DNA of 64,000 nucleotides from Polymyxa betae A26-41 (Eukaryota; Protista; Endomyxa: Phytomyxea): NCBI GenBank assembly GCA_003693705.1, contig RBZT01000286.1, positions 62,001 to 126,000 of the forward strand, read 5' to 3'. Shown piece by piece: positions 62,901 to 64,000 of this stretch (position 1 is its first letter; each line of letters starts with the position of its first letter). The notes under the pieces were generated by a model. It saw only the letters and a program-made list of their open reading frames with translations, ran no database searches and was not told where the DNA came from. The position numbers and the translations under genes were made by a program.

Positions 62901-64000
62901 AATTCCGAACAATGTTAAGATGGCTAATAAAGTATTGGCAGTGGAACGTTTTACTTCCAACTTAGCAGACATAATCTCAGGTCGTAACCTCGACATAATT
63001 TCCGATAAATATTCTGATGCGATATTGTCGACAGAGACATCGGAAGAGAGGCTCGAGAGCCTTTTCAGAAGAACGGAAAATGTGTCGAATACTTGAGCCT
63101 GAATATTTCTGAGATTTTTTCGTGAAGGATGATGTTGTCAGGTTATTGATACCTGAACAGCAGCGTCACGTTCGTTGAATCGATCCAAAAGTTGATTCAA
63201 GAGAGATGGAATATTGGTCAGAAAAGCAGATTTGAATGATCTGCAGCTGATCCATTCTGACAATAATCTTAAGGCTGCTAATCGCACCTAAAATCAACTA
63301 AGACGAACTCCAACCAGCACATTAAACGATATTCCGAATCGAAAGATCGACCCAACAACGGAGCGTTTTTACCTTCCAAGTAGTATCACCAGCGTCCTCT
63401 TCTGGTGCCATATCAGGTTCTAGACCCCAATCATCACCATCATATTCATCCATAGCGGTATCGATATCGTCATTCTCAACGAAATTCGGATCCAAAGTCA
63501 TCAACGTTAGAGCCGTGTTTAACAAGCTGCATCTGAACCGTTAGTAAGACGATTAGGCATAGGCAAATCGATAGACCTGGAGCGATATGCAGCCACGTAT
63601 TGGGGCCCGAATCGCACCAGGCATTCCAGTACGACCAAGGCCTGATAGCGAATAGTGACCATCTCCTCCTATGAAATCGTTACGAAACGGCCCAGTTAGA
63701 AGGCCCTGAGCACATACTTTGGCATCCTCAAAGTTCACTGCCTGATTCGGTACGATGATCTTCTCCAGAACCGGCATAATCGATGACGAATGCTGCACCA
63801 GACGCGATCCAGCTTTACGGGCCATATCAGACAGGGTCAGGACCAGTACGGCCAGTTTCTCATCCGGCAGATCTGATGAGATTCGCTTGGTGATCTCTTG
63901 CACTAAGTTTGCCAATTGTTGTGATGGACAGAAATTGGTGAATGAAGCCACAACACTCGGTATTAGACTGAATACAGATAATGAGTTTCATGCAGAGAAT
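59980..64000 (-). CDS. CAND1: Cullin-associated NEDD8-dissociated protein 1 (HEAT repeats), 5' part outside window
   Basis: LDPNF...DDW...DTTWKVR.AA, ADSEDEGVRTIASECIGKL, LIRKIDFGAFK..VDEGL.LRQAAYSCL (TIP120 domain). Confidence 0.88.

Overview
Gene-dense eukaryotic nuclear DNA with no prokaryotic features (no operons, CRISPR or rRNA). There are about 26 protein-coding genes, most split by short (~40-60 nt) spliceosomal introns, so the ORF track fragments them. The compact introns, moderate GC, TTT(T)AGGG motifs and plant-parasite-type secreted proteins (expansin-like, CAP/PR-1) suggest a plasmodiophorid/phytomyxid protist; this is inference only. Housekeeping genes: HECT E3 ligase, RhoGEF, beta-adaptin, caprin-like, RING E3, LSM6, LCMT1, an OB-fold protein, RPS19, EXO1, RRP5, an SLC19 transporter, GDP-mannose pyrophosphorylase, PEX11 and CAND1. 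Two accessory islands interrupt them. (i) ~10.4-16.6 kb: an F-box fragment, a decayed pogo transposase, a MITE and hairpins surround a signal-peptide-bearing PP2C phosphatase. (ii) ~35.6-48.2 kb: a ~2,400-aa four-exon gene fuses a Upf1/Sen1-type helicase, a predicted RelE/ParE-like domain, a UvrD/TRANK1-type helicase and TPR-like helices. It lies near a GT69 mannosyltransferase, an atypical FtsJ-like methyltransferase and two decayed reading frames. The dual-helicase gene is the best candidate for an undescribed (possibly antiviral or RNA-surveillance) system. Also notable: a bacterial-type class II HMG-CoA reductase with a spliceosomal intron, and a secreted multi-repeat protein. Exon boundaries were read by eye and some starts are approximate.
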